From NCBI GenBank assembly GCA_900696645.1, contig CAADGV010000043.1:66848-130847 (forward strand): DNA of 64,000 nt, given 5' to 3'. The notes under the pieces were generated by a model that saw only the letters and a list, made by a program, of their open reading frames with translations, did not search any database and had not been told where the DNA came from. Origin of the DNA: an uncultured Chlorobiota bacterium. GTDB lineage: Bacteria; Bacteroidota; Ignavibacteria; UBA10030; UBA6906. The translations under genes and the position numbers were made by a program. Each line of letters opens with the position of its first letter. Within the stretch, counting starts at the first letter, position 1. Shown one piece after another: positions 20,895-30,362 of this stretch.

Positions 20895-21311
20895 CTACGT
20901 CAGTTTCTTGATGAGCGTAATCTTTGTTCCTGTTTCTTTCGACTCGATGCGGAAATCATCCGACATCGATTTCATCAAATGCAAACCCCACCCGCGCTTG
21001 TCTTTCGAGCCGAATTTCTTCCCGATGTCCGGCGACTGAATTGCCGAAGGTTGGAATCCCTTCCCGTAGTCCCTGACAAAAATCGTCAGTTCTTGTTTGG
21101 ACATCGTGAACTCGACCCGAACAATCGGGTTCTCTTCGCCTGCATGTTCCAGTGCATTGATGATCGCTTCGGTAACGAGTACGCGGGCTTCCCCGACTTT
21201 CTCGTCGGTAATTCCGAGATGACGGCTGAGGCGTTCCAGTCCTTCAATCGCAACCAACTCGATATCGGGAATTTTGGGAAGTTCAATCTTCAGAGCTATG
21301 GTATCATGCAT
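20895..21311 (-). CDS. RsbW-like anti-sigma factor / Ser kinase (HATPase_c_2)
   Basis: EAIINALEH, VRDYGKGF, RGWGLHLM. Confidence 0.92.
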   Translation of the reverse strand: MHDTIALKIELPKIPDIELVAIEGLERLSRHLGITDEKVGEARVLVTEAIINALEHAGEENPIVRVEFTMSKQELTIFVRDYGKGFQPSAIQSPDIGKKFGSKDKRGWGLHLMKSMSDDFRIESKETGTKITLIKKLT

Positions 21312-21318
21312 AGGGGGG

Positions 21319-24300
21319 TTAGTCCTTCATCTTTACAGCAATCATCGTGATGTCGTCTTCCTGCACTGCCCCCTTCATCCACTCATCGCCCGAGAATGCG
21401 AGCCGGTTAATCACCTCTTGCGGTGTTCCGCCTGCTGCCTCCTTCAACACTTCATGAACCCGGGCATAGTCGAACATTTCTCCGGCAACATTCTTCTGCT
21501 CGGGCAGGCCGTCAGTCAGCAGTAGCAGCGAGTCGCCGGTCTGCAATTCTTCCTCATGAATAATGTAGGGAAAATTCTTCATTGCACCTAACGGCATCCC
21601 TTTGAGCAATACCTCTTCAACCGTTCCACTGCCGTTCCTGCAAATGAATACGGGCGGCATCCCGGCCGTTGCAAACGTAATCTTGTGATTGTTAATTTTC
21701 ACGAGTGTCAGAGCCATCAGCAGCCTGCCGAGTTTGATATCCTTGATTGCCTTGCTGCAATGGTTCAGGAATGCTTTGATATCGAGACGTGATGCATCAG
21801 AGGTGAAAAGCCCCTTCGTCAGCGTAACGACAGTTCCTGCCTGCATGCCGTGTCCTGTTGCGTCGCCGCATGCGATGCTGAGCGTGCCGTCTTCCGCGAG
21901 ATGAAAATCGTAATAGTCGCCGCCAACTTCGGTCGCAGTCTTCATGAACACGGCAATCTCCAACTGGGGAAGCTTCGGCACTTCTCGTGGAAGCATCGAA
22001 AGCTGAAGCTGTCTTGCCTCTTCCAACTCTTTTGTCTTGCGTTCGTTCTCGGCTTCCAGTGCCCGCTTTTCCGCTTCCGCAGCCTTCGCCCGCAGTTCGG
22101 ATTCGCGGACAAGCGCCTTCTGCTCCCGCCGGTTGATTTCAAACTTCCGAAGCTGATACAGCGCCCCGAAGAACATCAACACATATCCCGTATAGGCCCA
22201 GGCTGTTTTCCACCATGGCGGAGTTACAATGACAGTCATTGTTGTGCCTTGCTCGTTCCACACGCCGTCGTTGTTCGAGCCTTTCACACGCAGGGTGTAC
22301 CTGCCGGGATCGAGGTTGGTGAATGTTGCCCTGTGCTCGGTGCCGAGCTGGATCCAGTTATCGCTGAAGCCTTCCAGCTTGTATGTGTAACGGTTCTTGA
22401 ATGCGTTGTAGTAGCTCAGCGCTGCAAATTCAAATGTTGCGATATTGTCTTTGTACGTCAACTCAATCTTGTCTCTTACAGGAATGCCCCGCTCTTCTAT
22501 AGCCTTGCCTTCACTGTCATCCGTATTGTATCTGCGGAAGGTACTGAATACAACGGGTGGAACGAACGGATTGTCCTGCACGCGGTCGGGATGGAAAACG
22601 TTGAAGCCGCCGTTGCCTCCGAAGTACATTTCACCGGTAGTATGATTTTTTGCATAGGCATTCTGATTGAAATCTTCCCCCTGTAAGCCGTCGCTCGCAT
22701 CATAGTTGCGGAACGTTTCATTCACCGGATCAAATCTCGACAAGCCTTTGTTGGTACTGAGCCAGAGATGCCCTTTCCCGTCTTCCAGAATTCCGAAAAT
22801 ACTGTTGTTCGGCAGCCCCTCAGTCTCCCGATAGATTGTGAAGTTCCCCGTTGCGCGGTCGAGCCGGTTCAGTCCTCCTGTGGTACCGACCCAGAGGTTA
22901 TGCAGTCGATCTTCATAGATACACACGACAACGTCATCGCTCAGACTTGAAGGGTTTGACTTGTCATTCTTGAATACCGTGAATGTTTCCGTTTCGGGAT
23001 TGAACCGGTTGAGACCACCGCCGGCTGTTCCGACCCACAACACTCCCTCATGATCTTCATGAATCGCCCACACGCTTCTCGCACTCAAGCTGGTCGGAAC
23101 ATCCGAGTCATGGTTGTACGCTTTGAAGGTTTCAGATGCCCTGTCGAATTTGTTCAACCCGCCGCCGTTTGTCCCGACCCAAAACGTGCCTTTTCTGTCT
23201 TCCAACAACGCGTAAATTCTGTTGTCGCTGAGGCTTTTCGAATTGGCGGGGTCACGACGATAGTGTTTGAACGTACCCGTTTGCCGGTCGAACCGGTCGA
23301 GACCATTACTCATCGTTCCAATCCACAAGACACCTGAACGATCTTCATACATGACATTCGGAACATCTCCCAGGCTCTTCGGATTGGCGGGATCAGATTT
23401 GTAGTGGGTGAAGGATTTCTTCGCTTTGTCCAGACGATTGAGGCCGGCAGGCGTTCCAAGCCACACCATGCCGGAACGATCCACATGGATGGTCCTGACC
23501 TGGTTATCGTTCAGACTGTTCGGATTGCGTGAATCTCTTGCGTAGTGGGTGAATGAAGTCAAACCGGGATGAAACGTGTTCACGCCACCGCCGCTTGTGC
23601 CAACCCACAGAAGCCCCGACCGATCCTGATAAATGGAGAAAATCCAATTGCTGCTCAAGCTTCTCGGGTCGGTATCATCATGCTCGTAGTTGATGAACAC
23701 GCCGGTCTCCCGATCGAACCGGTGTAATCCGCTATTCACCGTGCCGACCCATAACGTGCCTTGTTGATCCTCGAAAATGGGCCATACCCAGTTGTCGCTC
23801 AGCGAATTCGGATTGCCGACTTCCTTTTTGTAGTGGATAAATGAATCAGTTGCGGGATCGTAGCGTTCGAGGGCACCACGCGTTCCTATCCATATCGTGC
23901 CCGAGCGATCGCCGTACACTGAATACACTCTGTTGTCGCTCAGACTTCGGGGATTGCCGGGATCATTCTTGTATTCCGTCTTCACGCCTGTTTTTGTATC
24001 GAGCCTCGTCAGCCCTCCGCCGGGCGTCCTTTGCCAGCGAACGCCTGCATGATCCTCGTACCAGGAAAAAACTGAACTGACTTTTGCATTCTTCAGGTCG
24101 ATGCTGTCCTTCTTTACCTGCGCGAACGTCTCCGTGAACTTGTCAAACCGGTTGAGAACATCGGCGTTGGTGAGTGTCTCAAACAACAAGATACCGTCCT
24201 TATCCTCGTAGATGGAAACGATGAAGTTGCCGTTCAGACTTTTTTCGTCGGCAGGATTGTGCTTGAAGACGGCAAAGGTGTATCCGTCGAATCTGTTCAG

Positions 24301-24489
24301 GCCTTCCTGCGTTCCGAGCCACATGAATCCTTGACTATCCTGAAGGATGCATGTAACGGAACTCTGGGAAAGTCCGTGCCGGACGTCCAGATGCGAGAAC
24401 CGGAGCGTGGCTTGTGAAAAGGAATGGGAATGTACAAGCTGGATGGTTAGAAAGAGGGCTGCAATTCTACAGCCTGACAAGAATGACAT
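21319..24489 (-). CDS. Membrane sensor phosphatase: Reg_prop beta-propellers, Y_Y_Y domain, TM, coiled coil, SpoIIE
   Basis: GLSQSSV..ILQDSQGFMWLGT..GLNRFDG repeats; YTYKLEGF..W...TFTNLDPGRY; PPWWKT.WAY; GGDYYD, DATGHG, TDG, EDDIT. Confidence 0.95.
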   Translation of the reverse strand: MSFLSGCRIAALFLTIQLVHSHSFSQATLRFSHLDVRHGLSQSSVTCILQDSQGFMWLGTQEGLNRFDGYTFAVFKHNPADEKSLNGNFIVSIYEDKDGILLFETLTNADVLNRFDKFTETFAQVKKDSIDLKNAKVSSVFSWYEDHAGVRWQRTPGGGLTRLDTKTGVKTEYKNDPGNPRSLSDNRVYSVYGDRSGTIWIGTRGALERYDPATDSFIHYKKEVGNPNSLSDNWVWPIFEDQQGTLWVGTVNSGLHRFDRETGVFINYEHDDTDPRSLSSNWIFSIYQDRSGLLWVGTSGGGVNTFHPGLTSFTHYARDSRNPNSLNDNQVRTIHVDRSGMVWLGTPAGLNRLDKAKKSFTHYKSDPANPKSLGDVPNVMYEDRSGVLWIGTMSNGLDRFDRQTGTFKHYRRDPANSKSLSDNRIYALLEDRKGTFWVGTNGGGLNKFDRASETFKAYNHDSDVPTSLSARSVWAIHEDHEGVLWVGTAGGGLNRFNPETETFTVFKNDKSNPSSLSDDVVVCIYEDRLHNLWVGTTGGLNRLDRATGNFTIYRETEGLPNNSIFGILEDGKGHLWLSTNKGLSRFDPVNETFRNYDASDGLQGEDFNQNAYAKNHTTGEMYFGGNGGFNVFHPDRVQDNPFVPPVVFSTFRRYNTDDSEGKAIEERGIPVRDKIELTYKDNIATFEFAALSYYNAFKNRYTYKLEGFSDNWIQLGTEHRATFTNLDPGRYTLRVKGSNNDGVWNEQGTTMTVIVTPPWWKTAWAYTGYVLMFFGALYQLRKFEINRREQKALVRESELRAKAAEAEKRALEAENERKTKELEEARQLQLSMLPREVPKLPQLEIAVFMKTATEVGGDYYDFHLAEDGTLSIACGDATGHGMQAGTVVTLTKGLFTSDASRLDIKAFLNHCSKAIKDIKLGRLLMALTLVKINNHKITFATAGMPPVFICRNGSGTVEEVLLKGMPLGAMKNFPYIIHEEELQTGDSLLLLTDGLPEQKNVAGEMFDYARVHEVLKEAAGGTPQEVINRLAFSGDEWMKGAVQEDDITMIAVKMKD

Positions 24490-24539
24490 CGCGTGCTTTT
24501 GCGTTCGAAATCAGTGTTAGGATTCTTTTTCAAACAGAA

Positions 24540-24612
24540 GAGGTGTCACAAACGCTTCATGACACCTCCTCATCACAACAGCTTCCGGTGTAAAGGTAGT
24601 GACGACCGGAAG
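24540..24612. terminator. Two intergenic hairpins between the protease and sensor genes
   Basis: GAGGTGTCA/TGACACCTC and CTTCCGGT/ACCGGAAG inverted repeats; no clear U-tract. Confidence 0.4.
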
Positions 24613-24630
24613 ATTATGCAAGTCCGGTCC

Positions 24631-27600
24631 TTATTTCAAAAACATCATCTTTCGCTGTTCGACGTACTCTCCCGCTTTCATGCGGTAGAAGAACACCCCG
24701 CTGCTTACCTGCACTCCCTGGTCGTTCCGGCCATCCCACACAACGTCGTACATTCCTGCATCAAGAGTATTCTGCACAAGAGTTTTTACCGCCCTGCCGA
24801 GAATGTCGTACACAACAACGCTCACATTGCGTTGTTCAGGCAACCCGAAGCGGATTGTGGTTGATGGATTGAAGGGATTGGGATAGTTTTGTTCGAGGCC
24901 GAAGGTTGCCGGGATTTCCGCCGGATTGAGCCCGTCAGGTTCGTTCGCCCATCCTGCAGCGGAGGGCTTCAGAATACCCGTGAATGCGCTGCTCAACGTA
25001 AACTCAGATTTCGCATCGGCAGAGATGGCATTGCCAAGGAAGGCCCCTGTTGCTTTTGTTTCCGCTTTGAACGATATCGTCCCGTTCGGGGCGTAGAAGT
25101 TAGCAAATATATCCGCCTTCGGTCCAAGAACAACGGCCTGGCTTCCTGTTCCGTCAACATAGAAAAGAATCCCCGATGCATCCAGCGGACTCCCCTGCGC
25201 CGGCCCGATGTACGATTCGGGATCACCGCCGACGCCGTTTACAACCCGTACGCGACTTTGTCCCGTAAAGAGAAGTTTTGCCTTGGCTTTTATCGAGAGA
25301 CTCCGGAACTGATACACTCCGGCGCCGTCCAGTCTCAGAGTTGATTGAGGTTGGAGAATAACGTCCCGATACGTTCCGGGGACGATTGTCATAGTCCCCT
25401 TTGTTGCGACGGCAACATCCTGCGTGCCCGCGGGCCCGGACTCAAACGCGGGCAATGTAGCAACGACGGGGAGGCTGAGCGGCGTAAACGATGCACCGCC
25501 GACAAATCCTTGATTCGTCAGCGAGTTGAAATAGATGTCGCCAAATGCTTTTGCCTGGGTCTTCAGCGCAATGCGGTTGGCCCTCAACGAGAACCCGGCA
25601 GGCGCCGATGACTTTGTTCCTAACGTCAACTCAGTCTGTGTTCCCGGAACGACATTGTTGACAATAACATCACCGGAGTTGACAACAACCTCGGTTCCCA
25701 AATTGATGTTGCTGTTGGCAAACAGCACGGCATTCGTTGAGAACGGAGACAGCACAAACACCGATTGCTGGATTTGTCTCCGGAAGCTGTCGGTAACGGC
25801 TGTTGCCTCGGCTCGTGCACGGATTGTGAAATGATAGCTGCCGCCTTCTGCGGTGTTGGAAAACTTGCCGGAGTATATCCCCGCACTCGTGTGGTTGAGA
25901 ACAATCGTCTGGAAGCCGGCCGTTCCGGGCACGATAACATCAGCCTCGACCTGCGCATTTGTTACCGGCCCTCCGCCGAATGTGTGATCGCCGCCGGGAG
26001 CCTGGCCGCCACGCGACAACCGCGCTTCAACGTTCACCTCATCATTGATAGCGTAGTTCAGTTTGTCGAACTTCACCGACATCGTAACGTCGGTCAACGC
26101 CACAATCGAAAGCCTGAGCGCCTCGGGAACAGGGGGTTCCGGTTCTGTGTTTGCCCCGTTGACGTGCAGCTTCCAAATACCGGCCGGAGCATTCTTGATT
26201 CGGTAGAACGCAAACGTCGGACCCGTGAAGTATTCTACTCCCGGAAAATTCGTGTAGTTGAACGGCGTTATGGTGTCGCCCGGAATCGGCGACAGAAGAC
26301 TCAGGAGAAACGTACTCCCTTGCCACGTCAGGCCCGGAAGAAGAAGAGTCGTTCCCGGATCGACAGCCCCTTGCCACGTCAAACCGCCTTGCCATGTCAG
26401 GCCACCCTGCCACGTGAGTCCCGGCGCGTTGGACATGAATGTTGTGTCGGCGAGAAGTTGCGCGCCTGTCAACGTATTCCAAATCTCATTCACAATCTGA
26501 CCGAGGGTGGTGTCGGAGGCAAGATAATATGCGCCGCCGGTCGAATCCGCCAACTTGCTGTTCAAATCCTGACCCGGACTTCCGGCAAAGCCCAACGTGA
26601 AGAGACGGGTTTGCGATGTTTTGATTGAAGGGAGAACACTCAACGCATCGGGTGTACCGTTATTGTCTCCCGCTCCGAATACGATCATCGCTTTGCCGTG
26701 GTTCAGTAATGATGAAGCATTCAGAAGCGATTGCGCTGTTTGCAGTCCCTGACCGAGAAAGCTCGTTCCGCCCGCCAACATATTTTCGATTCTGCTGATG
26801 GCAAGTGCCCGCGATGCATTATCCTGAATAGAAATCAGATCGGAGACGACCGTATTCGGCAACCGGATGACGCCGATTCTATCTCCCACTCTCATCTTCT
26901 CAACAAGCTCTACCGCGCTATTCTTTGCCGGGTTGAACGCGGCATGGGTGGATGTAAAACTCCCCGCTCCGTCAAACACAAGCACAACATCGATGTTGCT
27001 CTGCGGGAGATTTCTGAAAATGTAACCGATACCTGCAGTGTCCGGCGGATGCAACTCGCGTTTCGAAACTTCACCATTCTTGATGAATCCGAACATCGTT
27101 ACAAAATCATTTCCCTCTCCCATAAACGGAACATACTGCGGATATCCGGGATCGTAAATATCCCCCAATCCGCTGTAGTGCCCGATCTCATGCGTGGCAA
27201 CATTTTGGACATCCTTCTTCCCGGCTGTATCTGCCGGAGAAGGATTCGGCGGCACAATCACAAACGGGAAATGTTCCGCATTGAATGCGATGTCAACATC
27301 CGTAAATTCGCCGGTGATACTGTTGTAGCGGACACGCGTTACGGCAATTGTGGCCGGATCGGCCTGAGTAATGTATATCCAGCTTGAGGTAATCCAGGCA
27401 ACATTGTTAACGCCGTCCGGCAGGCCACCCCACACGTTGTTACTTGGTGACCCTACCTTGGAATAGTTCAGTTGGGGAAGGGCGCTCCATGTTGCGAATG
27501 CATTGTCCATCGGAGGTACGAACGAGGAGGGAATGTTCGTGCTTAATGAATATGTTCCGGTTCCGTTCGCCCAATGCAGCGGAATCCCGGACAGTGTGGT

Positions 27601-29049
27601 GTTGACGACAAAGTGATCGCCGTAAATCCTGCTCCGGGCGCCGACAATGATATTCCCCGAAAATTCCGAGGTATTTCCCGCTGAATCCGTTGCAGTTGCC
27701 GAAAGAAATTGCCCTCCTGAAAGAGGTACGAGAGACGGCAGCGAGAAAATAGCATTACCGTTTGCATCGGTTCTTAATGTCAGTGAGCCTATGAAGGTTT
27801 CGCCTTCTCCAAATCCTGTCGGATCGACAACTCCATTTCGAAACACTTCGATTGTCACAAGGTTGTGCGGCCAGCTGTTGATAGAGCCGCGAACAAGCGA
27901 CAACTCGACGTCTGCGTAGTACAGCACGGGATAGTTCTGGCCAAAATTCGGGAGAGATGATGTTGCCGGGCGCGGCGCCGGCGGGCGTGTCGGTAGTTGG
28001 TTTGGCGTAATTCCATTATCGTTCAGGTCTATTCCCAATCCGCCGTTTCCGAATATCCGGTTACGCGAAATACGGTTGCCGAGACCGGATGCGACAACAA
28101 CACCGGTTTTGCCGTTGGCAGTGAGGACATTCTCGAGGATGACATTGTCCGACAGTACGGAAATCTTTATCCCGTGTGCATCAAAACCGCTGATCTTCAA
28201 GCCTTTGATTGTAGAGAAGCCGCCGGTGATATGCAAGCCGTTAGTATGTTCCCCTGCGCCTTCCCCATTCAACGCTACTAACGGGGTCCCGACAAATCCG
28301 GGCTGTGTTGTTCCGTCAATCATCACCGGACGATCAATCGTGGGCAATGGCGATGCGGGACTTATTGTCTGGATGCCCGGACCGGGAATAGCAAACTTAA
28401 TGGTGTCGATCGCGCTACTTGCGTTCGTCGTAGTGATCGCATCCCGCAACGATCCGGTTCCGCTGTCGAGCGTGTTGGTGACTATCACGACAACGGGCAA
28501 ATCAGCAGTCACCTCAACGTCGAGGTAACACTCCGAGCCACGGTCATGCCCGCGAATTGCAAGAAGATTGCTTCCGGCAATCAGAATCTCATCGGGCACA
28601 ACGAAAACAAAACTCCCGCGAACCGCGCATCCTTCGCGTGTCCGCAATCCGCCCGATACGTCATGACCGTTCACAAACACCTGCACGTCGTTGTCAATCG
28701 CAACATTGATTTTTACGTTGCGGGCCCCGCCCGGCAACGTGAATTGCTTGCGTACAAGAATGTCGGTGTTGACTGCCCACGACGTCCTTACGTACGTCGC
28801 ATTATTGAGCGCACAGCCGCCAATCGAGCCGAACCCTGCATCGCCGGTTGCCCACGCGTTATCGTCGTAACCGGGCGACTCAAATCCTGAAAGCGAGCCC
28901 CAGCTCACTTGATTGTATTTGTAACCCGTCCCCAAATACGGAATGATTGTGGAATTCGGTTGCGCCTGCACCCCCGGCTGGCTGCCGAACAGGATTATCG
29001 CAAACATTATCAGAATTGCCCGGACTGAAACGCCGTTGTTCTTCTTCAT
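24631..29049 (-). CDS. Large T9SS-secreted multidomain protein: sugar-binding-like, beta-helix, matrixin-like metallopeptidase, vWA, GLTWQG repeats, beta-solenoid, T9SS CTD
   Basis: Signal peptide; VTNTLDSGTGSLRDAI; HEIGHYSGLGD plus Met-turn VTMFG; DVVLVFDGAGS (degenerate MIDAS); [14 protein letters not shown]. Confidence 0.88.
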   Translation of the reverse strand: MKKNNGVSVRAILIMFAIILFGSQPGVQAQPNSTIIPYLGTGYKYNQVSWGSLSGFESPGYDDNAWATGDAGFGSIGGCALNNATYVRTSWAVNTDILVRKQFTLPGGARNVKINVAIDNDVQVFVNGHDVSGGLRTREGCAVRGSFVFVVPDEILIAGSNLLAIRGHDRGSECYLDVEVTADLPVVVIVTNTLDSGTGSLRDAITTTNASSAIDTIKFAIPGPGIQTISPASPLPTIDRPVMIDGTTQPGFVGTPLVALNGEGAGEHTNGLHITGGFSTIKGLKISGFDAHGIKISVLSDNVILENVLTANGKTGVVVASGLGNRISRNRIFGNGGLGIDLNDNGITPNQLPTRPPAPRPATSSLPNFGQNYPVLYYADVELSLVRGSINSWPHNLVTIEVFRNGVVDPTGFGEGETFIGSLTLRTDANGNAIFSLPSLVPLSGGQFLSATATDSAGNTSEFSGNIIVGARSRIYGDHFVVNTTLSGIPLHWANGTGTYSLSTNIPSSFVPPMDNAFATWSALPQLNYSKVGSPSNNVWGGLPDGVNNVAWITSSWIYITQADPATIAVTRVRYNSITGEFTDVDIAFNAEHFPFVIVPPNPSPADTAGKKDVQNVATHEIGHYSGLGDIYDPGYPQYVPFMGEGNDFVTMFGFIKNGEVSKRELHPPDTAGIGYIFRNLPQSNIDVVLVFDGAGSFTSTHAAFNPAKNSAVELVEKMRVGDRIGVIRLPNTVVSDLISIQDNASRALAISRIENMLAGGTSFLGQGLQTAQSLLNASSLLNHGKAMIVFGAGDNNGTPDALSVLPSIKTSQTRLFTLGFAGSPGQDLNSKLADSTGGAYYLASDTTLGQIVNEIWNTLTGAQLLADTTFMSNAPGLTWQGGLTWQGGLTWQGAVDPGTTLLLPGLTWQGSTFLLSLLSPIPGDTITPFNYTNFPGVEYFTGPTFAFYRIKNAPAGIWKLHVNGANTEPEPPVPEALRLSIVALTDVTMSVKFDKLNYAINDEVNVEARLSRGGQAPGGDHTFGGGPVTNAQVEADVIVPGTAGFQTIVLNHTSAGIYSGKFSNTAEGGSYHFTIRARAEATAVTDSFRRQIQQSVFVLSPFSTNAVLFANSNINLGTEVVVNSGDVIVNNVVPGTQTELTLGTKSSAPAGFSLRANRIALKTQAKAFGDIYFNSLTNQGFVGGASFTPLSLPVVATLPAFESGPAGTQDVAVATKGTMTIVPGTYRDVILQPQSTLRLDGAGVYQFRSLSIKAKAKLLFTGQSRVRVVNGVGGDPESYIGPAQGSPLDASGILFYVDGTGSQAVVLGPKADIFANFYAPNGTISFKAETKATGAFLGNAISADAKSEFTLSSAFTGILKPSAAGWANEPDGLNPAEIPATFGLEQNYPNPFNPSTTIRFGLPEQRNVSVVVYDILGRAVKTLVQNTLDAGMYDVVWDGRNDQGVQVSSGVFFYRMKAGEYVEQRKMMFLK
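26317..26421 (-). repeat. In-frame GLTWQG peptide repeats (three tandem plus one nearby)
   Basis: GGACTCACGTGGCAGGGT / GGCCTGACATGGCAAGGC / GGTTTGACGTGGCAAGGG, then GGCCTGACGTGGCAAGGG. Confidence 0.95.
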
Positions 29050-29117
29050 TATGATAGTCTCGTATTGTGAAGTCTGATTCGATTGTTGGTTCTGTAATCC
29101 CCTCTCGGATGAATCAA

Positions 29118-29624
29118 CTACTGGGCGTTTCGCACGGCACCCCTTACTCGCGTGGAAAACACCTCCAGCAATTCGCCTTCACCAACAACACGCTTGCCCG
29201 AAAACCGTTCTGTTGTCAGACTCAGCTTCCCTTGTTCCCCTCCGGTTACACGCAACGTTCCGCCGGCGTCGCGTTCGGCGAATACGACTACTTCTTCATT
29301 CTGTCGGAACCTGGCCACATGGCTGTACAATTCCCCCGCGCCATCGACTTCTCCGCCGGGAACGGTGATCGTTAAAGTCCGATCTTGTTGGCTTCCCTTC
29401 AAGTACTGATCGACGGCGATCGTCACCTTCGTGACTATTTTGGTTCTGTCGGACGACCATTCCGACTGCATCGACCGCACGGTGCCGATTGCAACGATGT
29501 TTGCACGGGTAGCGAGTTCTTCTGCGGTGATTCCTTGTGACTGACTTTCAGCTTCTGTCGCCACAAAAAAAACTGCTGCCAGTATTAGCAGCGACACAGG
29601 GCTCACACTCCATCTCTTAGTCAT
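29118..29624 (-). CDS. Small secreted protein resembling the N-terminal (pro)domain of matrixin-family proteases
   Basis: Signal peptide; EELATRANIVAIGTV...TKIVTKVTIAV..YLKG...ITVPGGEVDG...ARF..NEEVVVF; family resemblance is from recall. Confidence 0.7.
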   Translation of the reverse strand: MTKRWSVSPVSLLILAAVFFVATEAESQSQGITAEELATRANIVAIGTVRSMQSEWSSDRTKIVTKVTIAVDQYLKGSQQDRTLTITVPGGEVDGAGELYSHVARFRQNEEVVVFAERDAGGTLRVTGGEQGKLSLTTERFSGKRVVGEGELLEVFSTRVRGAVRNAQ

Positions 29625-30157
29625 GTTGCAAACCTCCAATGTTGTTTGTTCTGCATTGTAAATTCGTGATCGTACAATTTATTGCAGGAGTAATCCCACG
29701 CCGTCGAATGCCCAAGAAACCGGCACGAATGACATACAAAGAAAACTACAGCGGAGCATTCTTGATATGATACAACAGGAATTGTTCCTAAAACGAAGAG
29801 AAAAAAGATTTCTAAAGGAGGGAAACGTATCGACGGGCAACTCATACGGCAGCAAACATATCGGAATCTTCATAACGCAATCGTTGACTCGTCGGAATGG
29901 AATGTAAGAGAACAGGTGGAACGCGATGCATTAGAGCATCGACAACCTATAATACGCTAACCCCAAGATTTAGTCAATGGCTTTGTCAGACGATGTGATC
30001 GCTGTGTGCTGTGTATGTAAGCAATCTCAACACTCATTCCGTGCACCGGTGACAACGGGACGCCGGTCGCATATTTTTGCGCCACATCGATGAAGAAGAT
30101 GGGTGACTTCGGGCGAACAAAGCGGGATTCAGACAGGTGTTTGCCGGACAAAAGGCA

Positions 30158-30201
30158 AAAACTCCGAGAATATGATTTGGATGTGCATACCTTCGGAGTT
30201 T
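30158..30201 (-). terminator. Inverted repeat downstream of tRNA-Met
   Basis: AAAACTCCGA...TCGGAGTTTT. Confidence 0.55.
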
Positions 30202-30210
30202 TGAATAGGG

Positions 30211-30284
30211 TAGCGGGAGAGGGATTCGAACCCCCGACCTACGGATTATGATTCCGACGCTCTAACCAGCTGAGCTATCCCGCC
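30211..30284 (-). tRNA. tRNA-Met (CAT), elongator type
   Basis: Reverse complement GGCGGGATAGCTCAGCTGGTTAGAGCGTCGGAATCATAATCCG...GTTCGAATCC; anticodon CAT; lacks the initiator 3 G-C pairs; Ile2 not fully excluded. Confidence 0.93.
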
Positions 30285-30362
30285 AGAAAAACTTCACGTG
30301 GCTTGAGAGAGCCACGTGTTTGTGGTTGAAAATATAGGAAGAAAAGAACGAAACAGCAAACG

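Noticed and set aside
21319..24489. DNA-level repeats within the sensor gene
   Set aside because: Explained by ordinary Reg_prop beta-propeller blades
30068..30084. Sigma54-like TGGCGC...ATGCG upstream of the protease locus
   Set aside because: GG-to-GC spacing is 11 nt, not the required 10
18830..30284. Genomic island integrated at tRNA-Met
   Set aside because: No integrase and no duplicate of the tRNA 3' end found near tilS
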